From: the human T2T-CHM13v2.0 reference genome, Homo sapiens
Direction: 5' to 3' (one strand)
DNA: 64,000 nucleotides
Assembly (NCBI RefSeq): GCF_009914755.1
Contig: NC_060937.1
The position numbers and the translations under genes were made by a program. The notes under the pieces were generated by a model, which worked only from the letters and a program-made list of their open reading frames with translations, did not search any database and was not told the origin of the DNA. Each line of letters begins with the position of its first letter. Position 1 is the stretch's first letter. Shown here piece by piece: positions 43,053 to 57,544 of the stretch.

Positions 43053-44636
43053 GTAAGTAATATGTTTAATTTTAGTACTTTTTTCTTTAAGTACTTGAAT
43101 TCTATAAATGTATAGTCTCAAGGCAACTTAGATAGAATATATGTATATATGTGCGTATAATATATGCTAGAACTGTGAAGACACTGTAAATCAGTTTTAT
43201 TTATGTATGTATATATGCATTTATTTTGCTATTGATTCTAGGTCATCTGCTTCATGATTATCATTCTTTTCCAATTACAGTTTAAAAGTCAAAGGTACAG
43301 ACTTTCTGTCCCAGTCTCCTTCAATGTATATCAGTTGTGGGATTTTTAGTGAGGATTGCTGGTCCCTGAAAAAAATTCCAAACTTTTACCAGATTTCATT
43401 CATTTTTGCCTTTTCACTTACTTTGTTCTATGAGCATAACTGACATATGCTTTAAAATTGTTGATAATAACTATGTAAGAAATTATAAGATAAGATTATT
43501 TGGTGTAGACAACTAGAATGAGTTGATCAACCTAACAATGTGTTGATCTGTAAGGGTTGAAAGCTTGATAATTTTAGTATGCCAGTAATACACAGTACAG
43601 CATACTTAACAATAAGTACATCAAACATTCATTGATTGCCATACTGTATGCTAGGCATTGTAAGTGTTTATATATATGATTTCATTTAATACTTGCAATA
43701 CTCTGTAATAAGACGGCCTGTGTTCAAGTTCTGGCTTTACCACCTACTATTCACCTTGTACTTTTGGTGTCTTCAACTATACCAATGAGGATAGTAATAG
43801 TGTCTATCCCATAGGATTTAATGAGAGAATCATATTTAAAGCTCTTTGTATAATGGCTGGGTCAGAAATGTGAACACAGAAATATGTGAGCTATTACTAT
43901 CTTCTAAGCTCTATTATAAAATATATATGGATAAAATGAGACCAAGTTTTAAATAAGCATCTGAACTTCCAAACATAAATGGGGTTGGACTTCAAAGTGG
44001 TCATTTTGGGAGATCATACATTAATTTCAGTGGTATCTGCATTTTTCAGTGATTAAACATTTTTCTACATCGTGATAAATTTACAGCTAAGGGAAATGCT
44101 CTTGTAGAAGAAAACAACTATATTTCATAGTTACATCTTTTTAATTTTTTAAACTAAAAATGTACTGCTTTGCTTGATCAACTGTATCATTTATCAAACT
44201 TGACTCTGACCAAGTTTTTTTTTCTTTTTCTTTTTAATTTCTAAGCTATTTTCAAAGGTATACCAGAATTAGAGAGCAGGTTGTTATTTAAAATGTGAAC
44301 TTTGTGTAAATGTGTTCTGTATTTGCTGATTGCAAATGGTCCTTAAAGTCTACTTGGTGGTAGGCTTTTGTTGGCAATTAATTTGTTTTTAAGTATTTCT
44401 GAGATTTTAGATTGAAATACTAAAAGCTGTCATAGTCTTTTATTTCCTAGTTTAAATTTCTTATATTTACTTATAACTAACCTTTTATATTTTTGTTTAG
44501 TTTTTATTTGACACATATTAAACTGCTTCTACTGTACAGGGAAATAAGTTTTATTTTTATAAGAATGTTTAATAGCCATTAGGTGTTTAGTTCTTTTTAT
44601 CAGAGGATATTATACTATTCTCAGTTGTCTTTGCAG

Positions 44637-44763
44637 TTTTCGTACTAGCAAAGGAGTTGGTTACTCTGCTCATTTTGTTGGCAACTGTTTAATAGTCACA
44701 TCATTGAAGTCCAAAGGAAAAGGTTTTCAGCATTGTGTGAAATATGATTTTCAACCACGCAAG
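44637..44763 (+). CDS. NBEA: Neurobeachin coding exon (exon 6, 127 nt)
   Basis: tctttgcag|T ... AAG|gtaggt. Encodes [42 protein letters not shown]. Phase 2 to 0. Confidence 0.95.
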
Positions 44764-47700
44764 GTAGGTAAAAGTAAATATTTTTATAACTCACCTGTTA
44801 TGACAGAATTCTTAACTCTCCTTTTATGAGCTCTGTAGTATTCTCTTTCACGGGTTTTCCTATGCTTTTAATTGTTTTCTCTTATCCTTGTCTGCATTTC
44901 CTTTTTACTTTTATGTCTAATTTTTGTCTTCTGTAAGATCAGTGTTTTGATATCTTGTGGTGTATTTCTCTTACACTCTCTCATTATCTCAGTCTGATCT
45001 GTTTTATGGCATTCTTTCAATAGATACTTATTATCTACTGAGTATTGGATACCATTGTAGGCACTAGGGATTAATAAATATTTGCCTTTTTTTAAAAAAG
45101 TTAAATGTTAAACCCCCAGATTAAGCAATGCACAGACACATTTTTTTTGTGGGAGATTAACCTAATCCTAGTAGTTCTGAATATTGTTTCCTGAGATTGA
45201 AGGTTTTGTTAATTTGTGATGCTTTAATAATGCTGGCTTCAAGGAGAGGAATGTTGCTGTACTGTTAGTTTTGGCTCATGAAATGTATCTTTACTTAATA
45301 TCTCAAATAATAGCAGAGACAAGGCCAAAACACATTTTAAAAACTGCTCTAAAGAGAAAATGCAGAGAACTGTGCAACTGTATGATTAGAATTATAAGAG
45401 ATAATTCATTCATAATCAGGTGGCATTTTCTAGAGGGATTTTCCTGCCTGAGTACCAGACTCCATCTTTGTGTCAGAATAACAAACCATCTGAAAATCCA
45501 GATGAAAGAAAACCAGGACAGAGTGCATAGGGGTACCCGTCACACATGTTTAAGGCTTTGTTCCCCTTCCAGGTTCAGGGTTCTTTCTTGGGTATATGAC
45601 AGTGAGATTATCAACGTTTTTTAGGGCACACTGCCTCCTCCTAACAGAAATATTGCCTTACCCTTTGTGATTAATGGTACAATCATAACAGATATGATGA
45701 ACCCAAATGTGGTGAGGGGGAGATCTTTATTTCTTTTTCGTATCTTTTTTGTTTGTTGTTGCTTATGATCTGATGTGTGTCTTCCCATATACGGAAAAAT
45801 ATATTATTTTGGGTGGTATTTCCAAAATTTGTTTAGATTTTACATGATTCTAATAAAAATATTTGCTTTATATTTAATGTCAGTTATTGTCATTTCTGTT
45901 AAAGAATATCAATTTAACAGTAATTCATTAACATATACTTAGAAAATGATTTAAAAAGCAATGATTCTGAATAAATATATTCATTCATTATAATGGTGTA
46001 TTCTTTCTTTTTTAATACAAATTGATTATTTTAATACCAATCACATTGCCTTTGCTCTGGAAATTCTGTTTTATTAGAATTAAGGTGAGACCAAGATAGT
46101 TTGCTAAAAGTGCCAAATTATTTTGAATTTCAGTGGAATAGATTAGAAGTACAGTTGTTGGTATTATAATTTTTCATGTTAGGATTGTGTGTTTTTAACA
46201 AATATTCTAGGTAACTTTTCTCTTCAGACAATTTTAGGAAATGGTGGTTTAAAGAATGTACAGGCAAACAATTAGAGTGAAGTTATAACCAAATGAAATT
46301 GTCATTAACCAATAAAAAGCACTTTAACCCATTTGTTCTCACTTTTTCTATTTTGTGTCTTCTTCACTGTTCACTTTTGGAAAACACATTCTCCTTTGTA
46401 AAGCTCTCAATATGCAGTGAATCTAAGGGGTCTAGTTAGGAGCAGGGCCAGAGAGTGATGTGGATTTTAAAAAGTCTTTTGTGAAGATTCTCACAAACCT
46501 TGAAAAGTCATAAATATTTGCTTTTACTGTGTTTCATTATTCAAAATAAATTCATTCTCTTGTTTATTCCTCTCTTTAATTTTCCATAGATTCCCTAGCT
46601 AAGTTGTTGTTATCCTTCCTAATAAGAGATTTACTGGCCTTTCAAAAAGAAATCTTTACATTAAAGCTTTTGCTTTCCCAGCTGTACCACTTAACCAGCT
46701 GTTAGAACTTGTGAAAATGGATATAAACCATTAGCATGTTACCTAATGGTAATATGTGCTCTAGACATATTAGCTACTATTGATATCATGCTGTACTTTT
46801 AATTTTCAATTTATTTTCATATCTTCAATTTATAATACATATCTTGTGGATTCTTAATATGGATCTTTTTATTCCTTATTACTGGTTGTGTCTTTCTTTT
46901 ATAAATTTCTTTTTGAGTCTCAAACTAAATGCAGACTTCAGTATATATACATAATATCACTATGCACACATAGTTTCCAAGTTTATTTTTATTTTCTTTA
47001 GTCAAAGTATATCAGATCAAAAGTTAGGCTTTTTTTTTTAACCATTGAAAAACTCATTTGTGTCTGTTATCTGTAGAGTACAGTTTGGTGTACCAAGGAA
47101 AGAGAAAAGTTACTTTTCTTGTAAATAAGTACTATGGTCTTTACTGAGATCAGCTCATTAATCAGTGCATTTGTTTATTCATTCATTTAATTTTATCATA
47201 TATTATTGTTACAACCAAAAGCAAACCTTGATAAACTCCAAATCTGATTAATTTTTCTGTATTAATTATCTTAAGTTAATGGTACCCTTACCCATCTAAG
47301 TGAAAATTGGAAGCCATCTTAGACTCCCATCTTAGACTCCCCTTTTATATGTTAACACTTCCTATCAGTTCTGTTAGTTAATTCCCATCCTCATTTTAAA
47401 ATTATGAGTGCCTTTGTCTTAGTTCCGCAGCTTATGGTGTCTTACCTAAATCTTTGCAGTGGCTTTTCAATTTTATCTTTATCCACACTTGCCTGCCTAT
47501 CTCACCTCCACATTGCTGCCAGTTATTTTCTTTAACTATGGAGCAGATCGTTTCACTTTCCTGCTCAGAATTATTTAGTTATACCACATTATGCAAAAAA
47601 CAAAGGCCTAAAGGTCTGTTTACAATCTGGTCTTTGCCTGTTTTTGTTTTTGTGTTTTTCCTGCTAAACCTACACACTGAGGAAAGTTTTGTCAAGCATC

Positions 47701-48970
47701 TGTGCTGTATTGTATTAAGATTCTGCCTGGAATGTTTTTTTAACCACTGTCTACTGAACAGTTCCTTTTCATCCTTCAAGCTTAGTCTTACAGTTCATTT
47801 TATTCTTTTAGTGAATATTTCTATGATAGTCTTTCTTCTCTATTTGTCTTTCCTTCCCAGTTACTTATAGTATTTACTTTTATTACTCCCAAATCTGTAT
47901 TTTAGATACTCTCTATTCTCATAACTGTTTCTCTAGTGAAACTTCCTTGAGTGTGTATATGTTGTCCGTCTTTATATACCCATGATCCAAGGTTGGGATA
48001 GGGTACTTGGCATAAAGTAGGCTCAGTACATTTTTTGAATGAATGAATGCCTTTGAAAGGTAAATAATAATCAATTTTAGCATAAACAAACCTCATCATG
48101 GGACATAGTAGATAAAAACAAAATAGCAGTTTAGTCAATGGTATGTTATGTATGGGTGCCAAATACATTAGGAACTTTTCCTCATAGTTTTCATACATTA
48201 TCTATTTATAATATTCACAAGGAATCCACAAAGTAGGCATTATTATTCCCCTTTTTCAGAGATGAAAATAGGTTCAGAGATACTAAGTAATTTGCCAAAA
48301 GCCATAGAGCTAGTAACTTGGGAATCCAATTCATGTCTTTATGAAGTAAAATTCTTCCTGCCCAGTACATTATCTGGAGTAGTAAGAACTCAGTAAGTAT
48401 TGTTTGAATGAGTACTTTTTTTAATAGTAAGTACACCAATAAGTATAATAATACATCTAGTATTTATCTTAAAACTGTCTTTGGGCAGGAAATCTTTTCC
48501 TATATGTAGGCATTTATTCGTGTCTCTTCTCTTTAGAAATGCAAAGTTTACACATTTTATTCCACAATATAAAGTTTGTGTCTTCTGTGTTATTTAGATA
48601 GCATTCTGATTGAATATTTTCAAATTCAGTGAAGGTAATATATGCAAACTTTAATTCTTATACTTGTAAAATTCTATAAGATTTTCCTTAAATTTATTTG
48701 ACACTCTTTTTACGGTTTTTTCTTGATAATTTTGTAATATTTAGAAACAATTGTTAAATGAATACTTTAAAGATTTTCTCTTCTGATTTTAATCAGGGCT
48801 AACATATATGTTGGTTTCAAATCAAGTGAAAGACTTAGTTTCCAATAAATTAATGATTACCTGGAATGAAAAAACTTAAAAAAGGATGTGCATTTTAGAC
48901 AGTTAAATGTCTTGACCTGACCTTGCTTTTATAGAAGCACACTGTTGTTTTGTATTACTGACTTTTTTGA

Positions 48971-49324
<354 letters not shown>

Positions 49325-50377
49325 TAAGTTGAAATGAACAAAATTGAATTTTGCTCAAAGTATTTTAGATACCTTGAAATAACTAATATTTTAGTGATTA
49401 AGGATTATTGTAACTTTTTATTTCTGAAAATATATATGAAATAATTGAATAGTGCATTTAAATAATCTGTAGAACAAAGTTTGTATTTTATATTTTGGTG
49501 GGAGGGAGAAACCAGTTAATTTTCCCCCCTTAACTTCAGAAAGCATACTTGTTCAAATGTTTACAAATCATTTGTATTTTTCTATACTTTAGAAAAAATT
49601 ATTTCTATATTCTCGATTTTAGGCTATTAACTCTCAGGAGACTAAAGGTTGCTACAGAAATCAAACCATCCATATTAAAATAGATACTTAAAATGCTTTT
49701 TGATACCAGTAACTATAAAATGGGCACTTAATATGAACTCTTTCATTTATTCTTAATAAATATTCCCACATTGTTATTAAATATATAATTATCCTGGATT
49801 TACTAAATCTAAATGGTGAAATTGAAGCTACCTAAATCTTATTATAAATGCTAAAATGTTGTTTCTTTGACAGATCCTTCCTGACCATGCAATCCAAAGT
49901 AGAATCCTTGTTTATTCTTTTTCAGTTTATACTGTTCTTTTTCTCTTCACTGTAATCACCATGATTTATAATTCTACATTTGTTTAATTGTGTCATATAT
50001 ATTTCTTTTACTAGCTCATAAATTCTAGGAGAACTGGTCAGCCTTGGGTATCTGCAGTGCTTGGCACAATGTAAATTTTAAATGAATGAACACAAATAAA
50101 TTGTATTTCTACAATTTCGAATCTTGGTATAGTGGAAGGAACGTCACGCTGGAGGTCAAGGGGTTGTAGTTCTTGTCTTCTCCAGGAGTATTCTTTATGT
50201 GCCACTTCTACCATCTGTGAAATGAGAAATGAGAGGGGGAACTTGATCAAGTGGTATTAGATGATCCTTAATAGTCCTGTCAGCATATTCTTGTGGGGTT
50301 TTATGAATGTTACAATTGCATTTTAGACTGTAACAACCAAACATTACATATTGATATATTTAATTTTTTTATTTAAG

Positions 50378-50497
50378 TGGTACATGATCAGCATTGTCCA
50401 CATTTACAATCGATGGAGGAACAGTGAAATTCGGTGTTATGTTAATGGACAACTGGTATCTTATGGTGATATGGCTTGGCATGTTAACACAAATGAT
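50378..50497 (+). CDS. NBEA: Neurobeachin coding exon (exon 7, 120 nt)
   Basis: tttttatttaag|TGG ... GAT|gtaagt. Encodes [40 protein letters not shown] (partly visible in ORF 50351..50545). Confidence 0.95.
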
Positions 50498-51694
50498 GTA
50501 AGTCTTTATTTTTCTGTCTGTGTTTTAATTTGTTTGGGAGTATGATCTATCATTACAATATGAATTAAATAATAAAATAGTTTGGTAGAAGCTTAAAACT
50601 TTGAAAGTTTATTCTTTTTATTAAATAAATCTTTCATTGTTAAATTTAGTATAAGAAAATTTCTAAAAGACATGATTAGTGATTAAAAAAACAGAAACAT
50701 TTAGCCAAAGTTTTAAGTTTTTTAGATCAAAAACCATGAATCCTGTATTCTGTTTTTTTCCAGCATCAAGCACTAAAAAATGTGGTTTACCCCTTATTTA
50801 GATATGGAAAGAAGACCCTAAACAGAAGTATAACAGATAGTCACTATTATTAATTACATAGTGATAAATGCTATGGAGAAAATAAATTGGGGATACAGGA
50901 AGTAGGTGTAGGGAAGGGAGAAGCAAGATGGTCCAGAGATGATTTTAGTAGGAAGAGTTGAGCAAGCAAGATATGTGGGGAACTTCTTCTATTCAGTGGG
51001 AACAGTGAGTGCAAAGGCTTTGAGGCAGAATAGGAAAGTTCAAGGAAAAGGCAATTTGTCTGGAGCAGAGGGAGGAAGAGGCAAAATAATATTAAGAGAT
51101 GAGGTTAGGCAGAAATCATTTTGGCCTTCATAAGCAAACAAGGCCTGGGTTTTCGCATCTTACTCAGCTTAAAAATCCTTGGAAGGTTTTCAGCAGACAA
51201 GTGATGTGTGCTTCTATTTTAAAACCATCAGTCTGCCTGCAGTATTGAGAATATTTTGAAGGGAAATTACAGAAGCGGGAAGATCACTTAAATCGCTTAT
51301 TATAATAAAACAAAGAGACTTTATTAGTGTCTACCAGTATATTAGCAGGGGAAGAATTGACACAGTTGGATTCTAGGTAGAGAATAACTAGAATCAAAAC
51401 CTCAAGGGTCCTTACGGTTTCTCTACTTTGGGCTTTCCATTGTCTACATTCCGGCCTGTCAGAGCCAAAGTGAAAGGTTTGTTTTAATGCTGAAAGTACC
51501 TCCAAGCTCAATAATATACAACCCTTCAAGCATACCTGGTTTTATAAGAACTTACCTCTTAAACACAATTCATTTCTCAGTTTTGTTTGCATCTCTCTAG
51601 GCTTTCATCTCCCGAAGGGCAGGGATTTGCTTATCCTGTCTTGTATTCTTTTAACTAGCACTGTGCATATGGTCCACAGTTTGTCCCCTAGATT

Positions 51695-51930
51695 GGGGCT
51701 GGGCAGACTACACCCTATGAGCCAAATCTGACCCTCCCCCTGTTTCTGGTTTTGTGTAAGCTGGGGGCTAAGAATCTTGGCTTTTAATTTTTAAAGGTTT
51801 TTGTTTTTTTGTTTTTTAAGAGACGCAAACAAAATCAAAGAAGAATGGGACAGAAACCAGGTGTGGCAGGCAAAGTTTAAAATATCTTCTGTCTGTCCCT
51901 TTATAGAAAACGTTACTTTTCTCTGCCGTA
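51695..51930. mobile_element. MER58-like hAT fossil
   Basis: ggggctgggcagactac...gccaaatctgacc...cctttatagaaaacgtt. Confidence 0.55.
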
Positions 51931-53084
51931 GAAACTTATGGTTGAGCCACAACCAATAAATATTTAATAGAATGTTGTTTTCAGAATTAGAATACACAGA
52001 TGAAATTCTGCTTTTTATCTTCTCTCCAGAGGAGATCTCTCCAGAGTCTTTTTATTATAGAGTGGAGGAAATCCCAGTGGTCTTCTTGACTCATTAAATG
52101 AGAAGACAGTATCTTGGAAAGAAAAGACTTAGTTTTTTGGTTATTTGTAATAGTGCCCTAAGAAGTGGAGAATTCTAGATTATAACACATATATACATTC
52201 TTTATGCAGTTAAAGTTCCCATACTTCTAATTAAAGATTGTGTATTTAATGACGACAATTTTTTTTGCCTTTGTTCTCCATTCACAATTTTTTTTGTTAC
52301 TTTATTGCAGTACGAAAAGTACTTCTTACATATATAATTTTTGCTTATTCGTTCTAAGGTGTGAAATAGCCTGTGGGGATAGGAGAAAGGAACTGAGCCA
52401 TGACTGCCTTCCCTGGTTTGGGTGGGCGGGGTGTAAGAAGTAGAGGCTGGAAAGATCAAGCTTTTGGCTTCTTCAGTGCTGAATTCCTCTTGTGGAGAGC
52501 ACTGTACCATCGGCTTTAAGCAGCAGATCTTAGTCTTATTGTTTATTTGATTCTGTGTAATTCCTACTCATATATGAGAAGCGATTGATTTTCTTTGTGT
52601 CTTTTACTTAATATGGAGAAGTAGAGGAATAGATTTGTAATTTGAAAAATAAAGTAGAATAAAAAAATTAGACCCTATGTGTTCATGATTAAATTTTGGA
52701 ATAGTCATTCCCTTGATTCAGATCAATCTCTCCATATATGGATCATTATACATCATTACAGTTTTAAATTAGTTTAACTTTTGTAAATAAATAATTATAA
52801 GCTATTTTGCCTTTAACTATAGTATTTGAAAAGTGGTAAGTCTGAAGATTAAGTAGGTGGCTATTGTTTGTTTGCTTAAACATAAGTGTGAAACATGTAA
52901 CTGATCATTTTTCCCAAAAAACTTGACTGGCATTTATTATTAAAATAATAAAGTCTTAATTGATGCTTTCTTCTATTATTATTGTTATATTTTAAAATAT
53001 TCATGATAATGAAGGCCGATTTAAGGATTTAAACCTTTTTGTCATTAAAAATAATGCATTTTTCTTTATTACTTTTAAAAATAG

Positions 53085-53231
53085 AGCTATGACAAGTGCT
53101 TTCTTGGATCATCAGAAACTGCTGATGCAAATAGGGTATTCTGTGGTCAACTTGGTGCCGTGTATGTGTTCAGTGAAGCACTCAACCCAGCACAGATATT
53201 TGCAATTCATCAGTTAGGACCTGGATATAAG
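53085..53231 (+). CDS. NBEA: Neurobeachin coding exon (exon 8, 147 nt)
   Basis: aaaatag|AGC ... AAG|gtagta. Encodes SYDKCFLGSSETADANRVFCGQLGAVYVFSEALNPAQIFAIHQLGPGYK. Confidence 0.95.
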
Positions 53232-54112
53232 GTAGTAATAACTGTAATTTTATAAATTCTATGGAGAGTTTTAGATGTAAAATGTGGTGTAATATCATTT
53301 TTAGTGAAAATCTTTAATACGGTTTAAGAGTCATTTCTATTTTTTGGAATGTAGTCAAGTTTTATTATATGTTTCTTTTTGGTTCAAAGATGCTTCTTAA
53401 CCATTTTATAAACTTTTATTCTTCAGAATATTTTCTAATATTCATGGCATGCCTTTTGTTAACAATTCTGAAATAATAGATCTTATAAAACTGTTTTGCT
53501 TAATGTAGTATTTAAAATACAAAAATTTGAAATATACATATTACTTAATGAACATAATAAAGAACTTGTTAATATTACTGGTAACTTGGAAAGAAGAGTT
53601 AAAGATTTAGAAGGAAACTAAGATAATATATTTCATGGGCCTAAAATTATTCAATTTTAGCTTATAGTTTTGCTTTAATTGCACTAAGTGAGGAAGTAGG
53701 TACAGTAGTGAGTATACTAATTTAGCAAAACTAATTAATGTAATTTATCATATTCTTTTTGTTTTTTAAACTTTAAAAACAAAGACTCTAGGTAAGATAG
53801 AGCGTGCACATATATGAGTTAGTTTTAAGTGTGTAGTACATCTGGCTAGGGGAGTATATAAGGGTTCTATTTAAATCACATTGGGAATTGTAAAGTCTCA
53901 AACTACTTCGAGCTGAAAGAGAATTACACATTATAGTCAAAGTGTTTATAATTCTGAAGGAGTACTTGTCTTGTATGGAAGTGTGGTTTTTTATTGAACT
54001 CAATTTAAATAATTAATGTGAAGATTGTGTAATGGAAAGGAGTAGTAAATATTAAAAAATATTCCCTCTTTGGCCTTTGTATTTTTGCATTGGTATTTCT
54101 CTTTGTATGTCA

Positions 54113-54151
54113 TATATATATATATATACAGAGAGAGAGAGAGAGAGAGAG
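54113..54151. repeat. (AT)n/(AG)n compound microsatellite
   Basis: Direct reading of the sequence. Confidence 0.92.
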
Positions 54152-56349
54152 GAAAGTTTGAATTTACCCATATTAAAAGATCTTTTTGTTCTCAGTGACT
54201 TTAATAACCATAATAATACTGAAGAAGAATAATGCTATTATTTTTATGTCAAGGTAACAATACTTGCTATCATGTATTTTCCATATCATTTTTGGTTTTG
54301 TCTTACTAGCTCTAGAAATGAACTTGTGCTTGTACAGTTACTTTTTCTTTCATGGGTCTTTTTGTTGGGTTTGCATCCTGGTTCTGCCATTGTTGATCTT
54401 GCATAGGAATATTTTTGTAATTCACATTTTGTATTAATATGCTGCATGCTTTTCTTTCCTAGTTCTTTGAGTTTTTTCATAAAATACTTGCAGTGTCTTT
54501 TTAAGCTCTAATAGAATGATATTAAATAGAGTGACAAGCAAACAAATGAAATATAAGAAGGTAGAATATCAAGAAAATACAAATCCAATATGATTGCTAA
54601 TGTTAAATTTTAGAATTGATGGGAGCTTCCTGGCAACATCAAGGAAAAGGGCTGAATATAAGCAATTTTGTAATTCTTCTATTCACAAAGAAACAAACTT
54701 TGTCCTGAACAGCTTTGCAAACTCTGTAATTTGTAGTATTCTTTTCACACGTCTTTCTTGTCATTCTTTTTAACAGCAGTGATAATGAGCAGTAACCCTG
54801 TCATCATGTGTACACAGCTCATGTGACATAGTGTATCCTTAGTATCCTAACACACAGTAGAGTACCTAAAGTCAGAACTTTTAAGAGATATACTTGTAAA
54901 TTTGGGCATTACATCAGAGAGTATTTTATTAAGTTTTGAAAGTTCTCAGCTCACTGCACCCCTTGTTGTTAGCTTGGGTTGATGATAAATCCACGGGTAA
55001 ATGCATTTTCTCAATTTGTAAATATTATAAATACAGTTGCTACCATGACAGGCATCAGCAAAAATTTTTTATATTAAAAAGCTTTTTTTTTCAGAAATTC
55101 AGAGAATATAGGGAAGGAGGAATGCATTTGATCAGATTGTGTTTTGACAGAAGAAAACCTGAGTAGTTCACACATTATAGTCACAATTATCTTGGTAAAG
55201 TCACTTTCTGTGAGTGAAGGGGTAGAGGGCTACAGTGGAATTTTTAAGGTGTAGAGAATATAATAACTAGTGGACATTTGGATAAATCACAAATGGAGTT
55301 TAAATTACTTAGTGTTGTATAATAACATAGTATTTATATTTTTTTGCCTTAAGTTATATGGAACTTTCTTTCATTGTAATGGTCAGACAATATTTATGAT
55401 TCTGAGCTTAGTGTAGATAGCATGTCAACATACGGGCTTCGAAATTAATAAAATAAGTTAATTCTACCTTCAAATAATGTCATCAAACTGTATATTCAAT
55501 GGAGCCTATCACAAATGATTTTGACTTGCTGGTCACTGGAGTGCTAGGTAATTTTTGTTCTGTCGAATTTTTGGTTTTGAGCGTTGCAGTTTATCAGTAA
55601 ATATTCTGTACTTGGTTATTTTCTGGAAACAGTAAATAAGTTAGGGTGTCACTTATTAACTAAATCATTCAGTTTGGAAAATAAAATACAGAAATTCAGA
55701 AAATATTTAAAATACTGAAAATCTCACTGTAGATTTGTCTAGTATGGTAAAATTTACTATCAGATAAGTTTACTGTGGATCTCTATTTGGGGTTATTTAA
55801 TGTCTTCAAGATTATAAAATCTTGTGTATCAGGTGGCCCTTTGACATAAGCTTGCAAATCAGATTTTAACAAAGTTTTTATATTTTATAGTTATTACTAG
55901 ATATTTTCTCAGTGTTATGTTAACCCTGTGTGGCAAGCAGTTAGTCTTCATTGCCAGATATTTGAAAATTTAGCTTTGAGTTCTCTCCTTCATTTATGAA
56001 TATGATAACAATGGTTTTATGAATTGCTATATCATAATAAAGTTCTAACTGATAAGAGAAAAAGTATAACACAACCTCCAAATTAAAATTCACTTCAGAG
56101 GATTTCCAATACTTGTATGGAGGGGTGAGCTCCTAACAAACTGATCTTCTCACAAATAACCATTTGTAAACTCTGCATATAATATAGATAACATCTATAG
56201 GGTTATGGAGATTGAATAAAAGCAGGCAGGCTTTGGAGGGTAGTCAAAATATGGAACAGTCAGTCTGCATGGACTGATATCCTTATTTTTTGCTTTTATA
56301 GGAGACTTTCTGGCCAGAAAGTTTCTCTACAATATTGTACGGAGTAGTA

Positions 56350-57300
56350 GTCACACAATTTAGCATATAATCCCAAAGTATTTTTTCTAAAAATAGGAAA
56401 ATGTGACTTATTCTCAAGGGAAGAGAAAATCATCATATACCAACACCAAGATAACTCACATGTTGGAAATATCACATGAGGTCTATTATAACTAGTGAGG
56501 TAGAGAAAAATTTACTTATAATGAATTAAAAGACAGGAAGTATCAGCCATGAAATAAAACAAAGTCAGATGGCAATTCTAGAACTGAAAAATATATCGGA
56601 ATTAAAAATAAGCTGTATGGGCTTATTAGCAGAATTAATATGATAGAGAAGTAAATGAACTTGAATATAGATTGATAGAAACTTTGAAGAGAGTTGTGAA
56701 AGATTGGGGTAAAAAAATAGAACCCTAGAGATGGATGGGGCAATTTTGAAAGGTCTAATAGGCACAGTATAAGAGAAAGCCAGAAAAAATATTTGAATAA
56801 ATGATGTTAGAAAACTTCTCAGATTTGGTAAAAGGCTTACATTTATAGATTGAAGAAACTCCGAAAACTCCAACCAAAATAAATGCAAAGAGAACCAAAG
56901 TAGGCACATTACAGTCAAAGTGTGGAAAACCAAAAATAAAGAGAAAATCTTGAAATCAGGCAGAGGAAAACTAGACATTGATAAGGGAACAATAATTTGA
57001 ATATCTGTACACATCTCATCAGAAAGCAGTAAAGCCATAGAGGTGGAACAAAATCCTTAAAGTTCTGAAAGGAAGAAAAAAAATCTGTCAACCTAGAATT
57101 TTTTTATCCGGTGAAAATATTCTTTAAGTCTTTTGAAAGAAAATTAAATAAATTTGTTGTTATTTGACTGTCATTACTGACTGAAAAAGAAAACCTGGAT
57201 GATTAGGAGTATATACATGTAATACATATGACAACTAACAGAAAGATTTGTGGAGAGGCTATAAATGCACCTACGTAGTTGAAAAGTTGCTGTATTTTAC
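56350..57300 (+). mobile_element. Sense-oriented old L1 ORF1 fragment
   Basis: A-rich; gagaaaatcttgaaatcagg, ctgtcaacctagaattt...gtgaaaatattcttt ORF1-like motifs. Confidence 0.7.
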
Positions 57301-57544
57301 AATGCATCTTGATAGAGTGATGTTGACTACAATTCAATGGCTAAAACAAAATTAACAAAGTCAAAATTGCATGTCTTTTCTTGAATGATAGGCCAAATAT
57401 GTATCCAGTATTTCATTTACCCACAGCATATGTTGTAGACTCCTCTTTCAAATGAAAGGTAACAAAAGCTCAGTTGAAAGGAAAAACAAAATAAATCAGT
57501 GCTAGCTACTACAGATAAGGTACACTAAATACAAATAATTAGCC

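Noticed and set aside
47314-47342. 13-bp tandem repeat ccatcttagactc (similar case at ~58400-58426)
   Set aside because: Simple slippage duplications with no functional sign.
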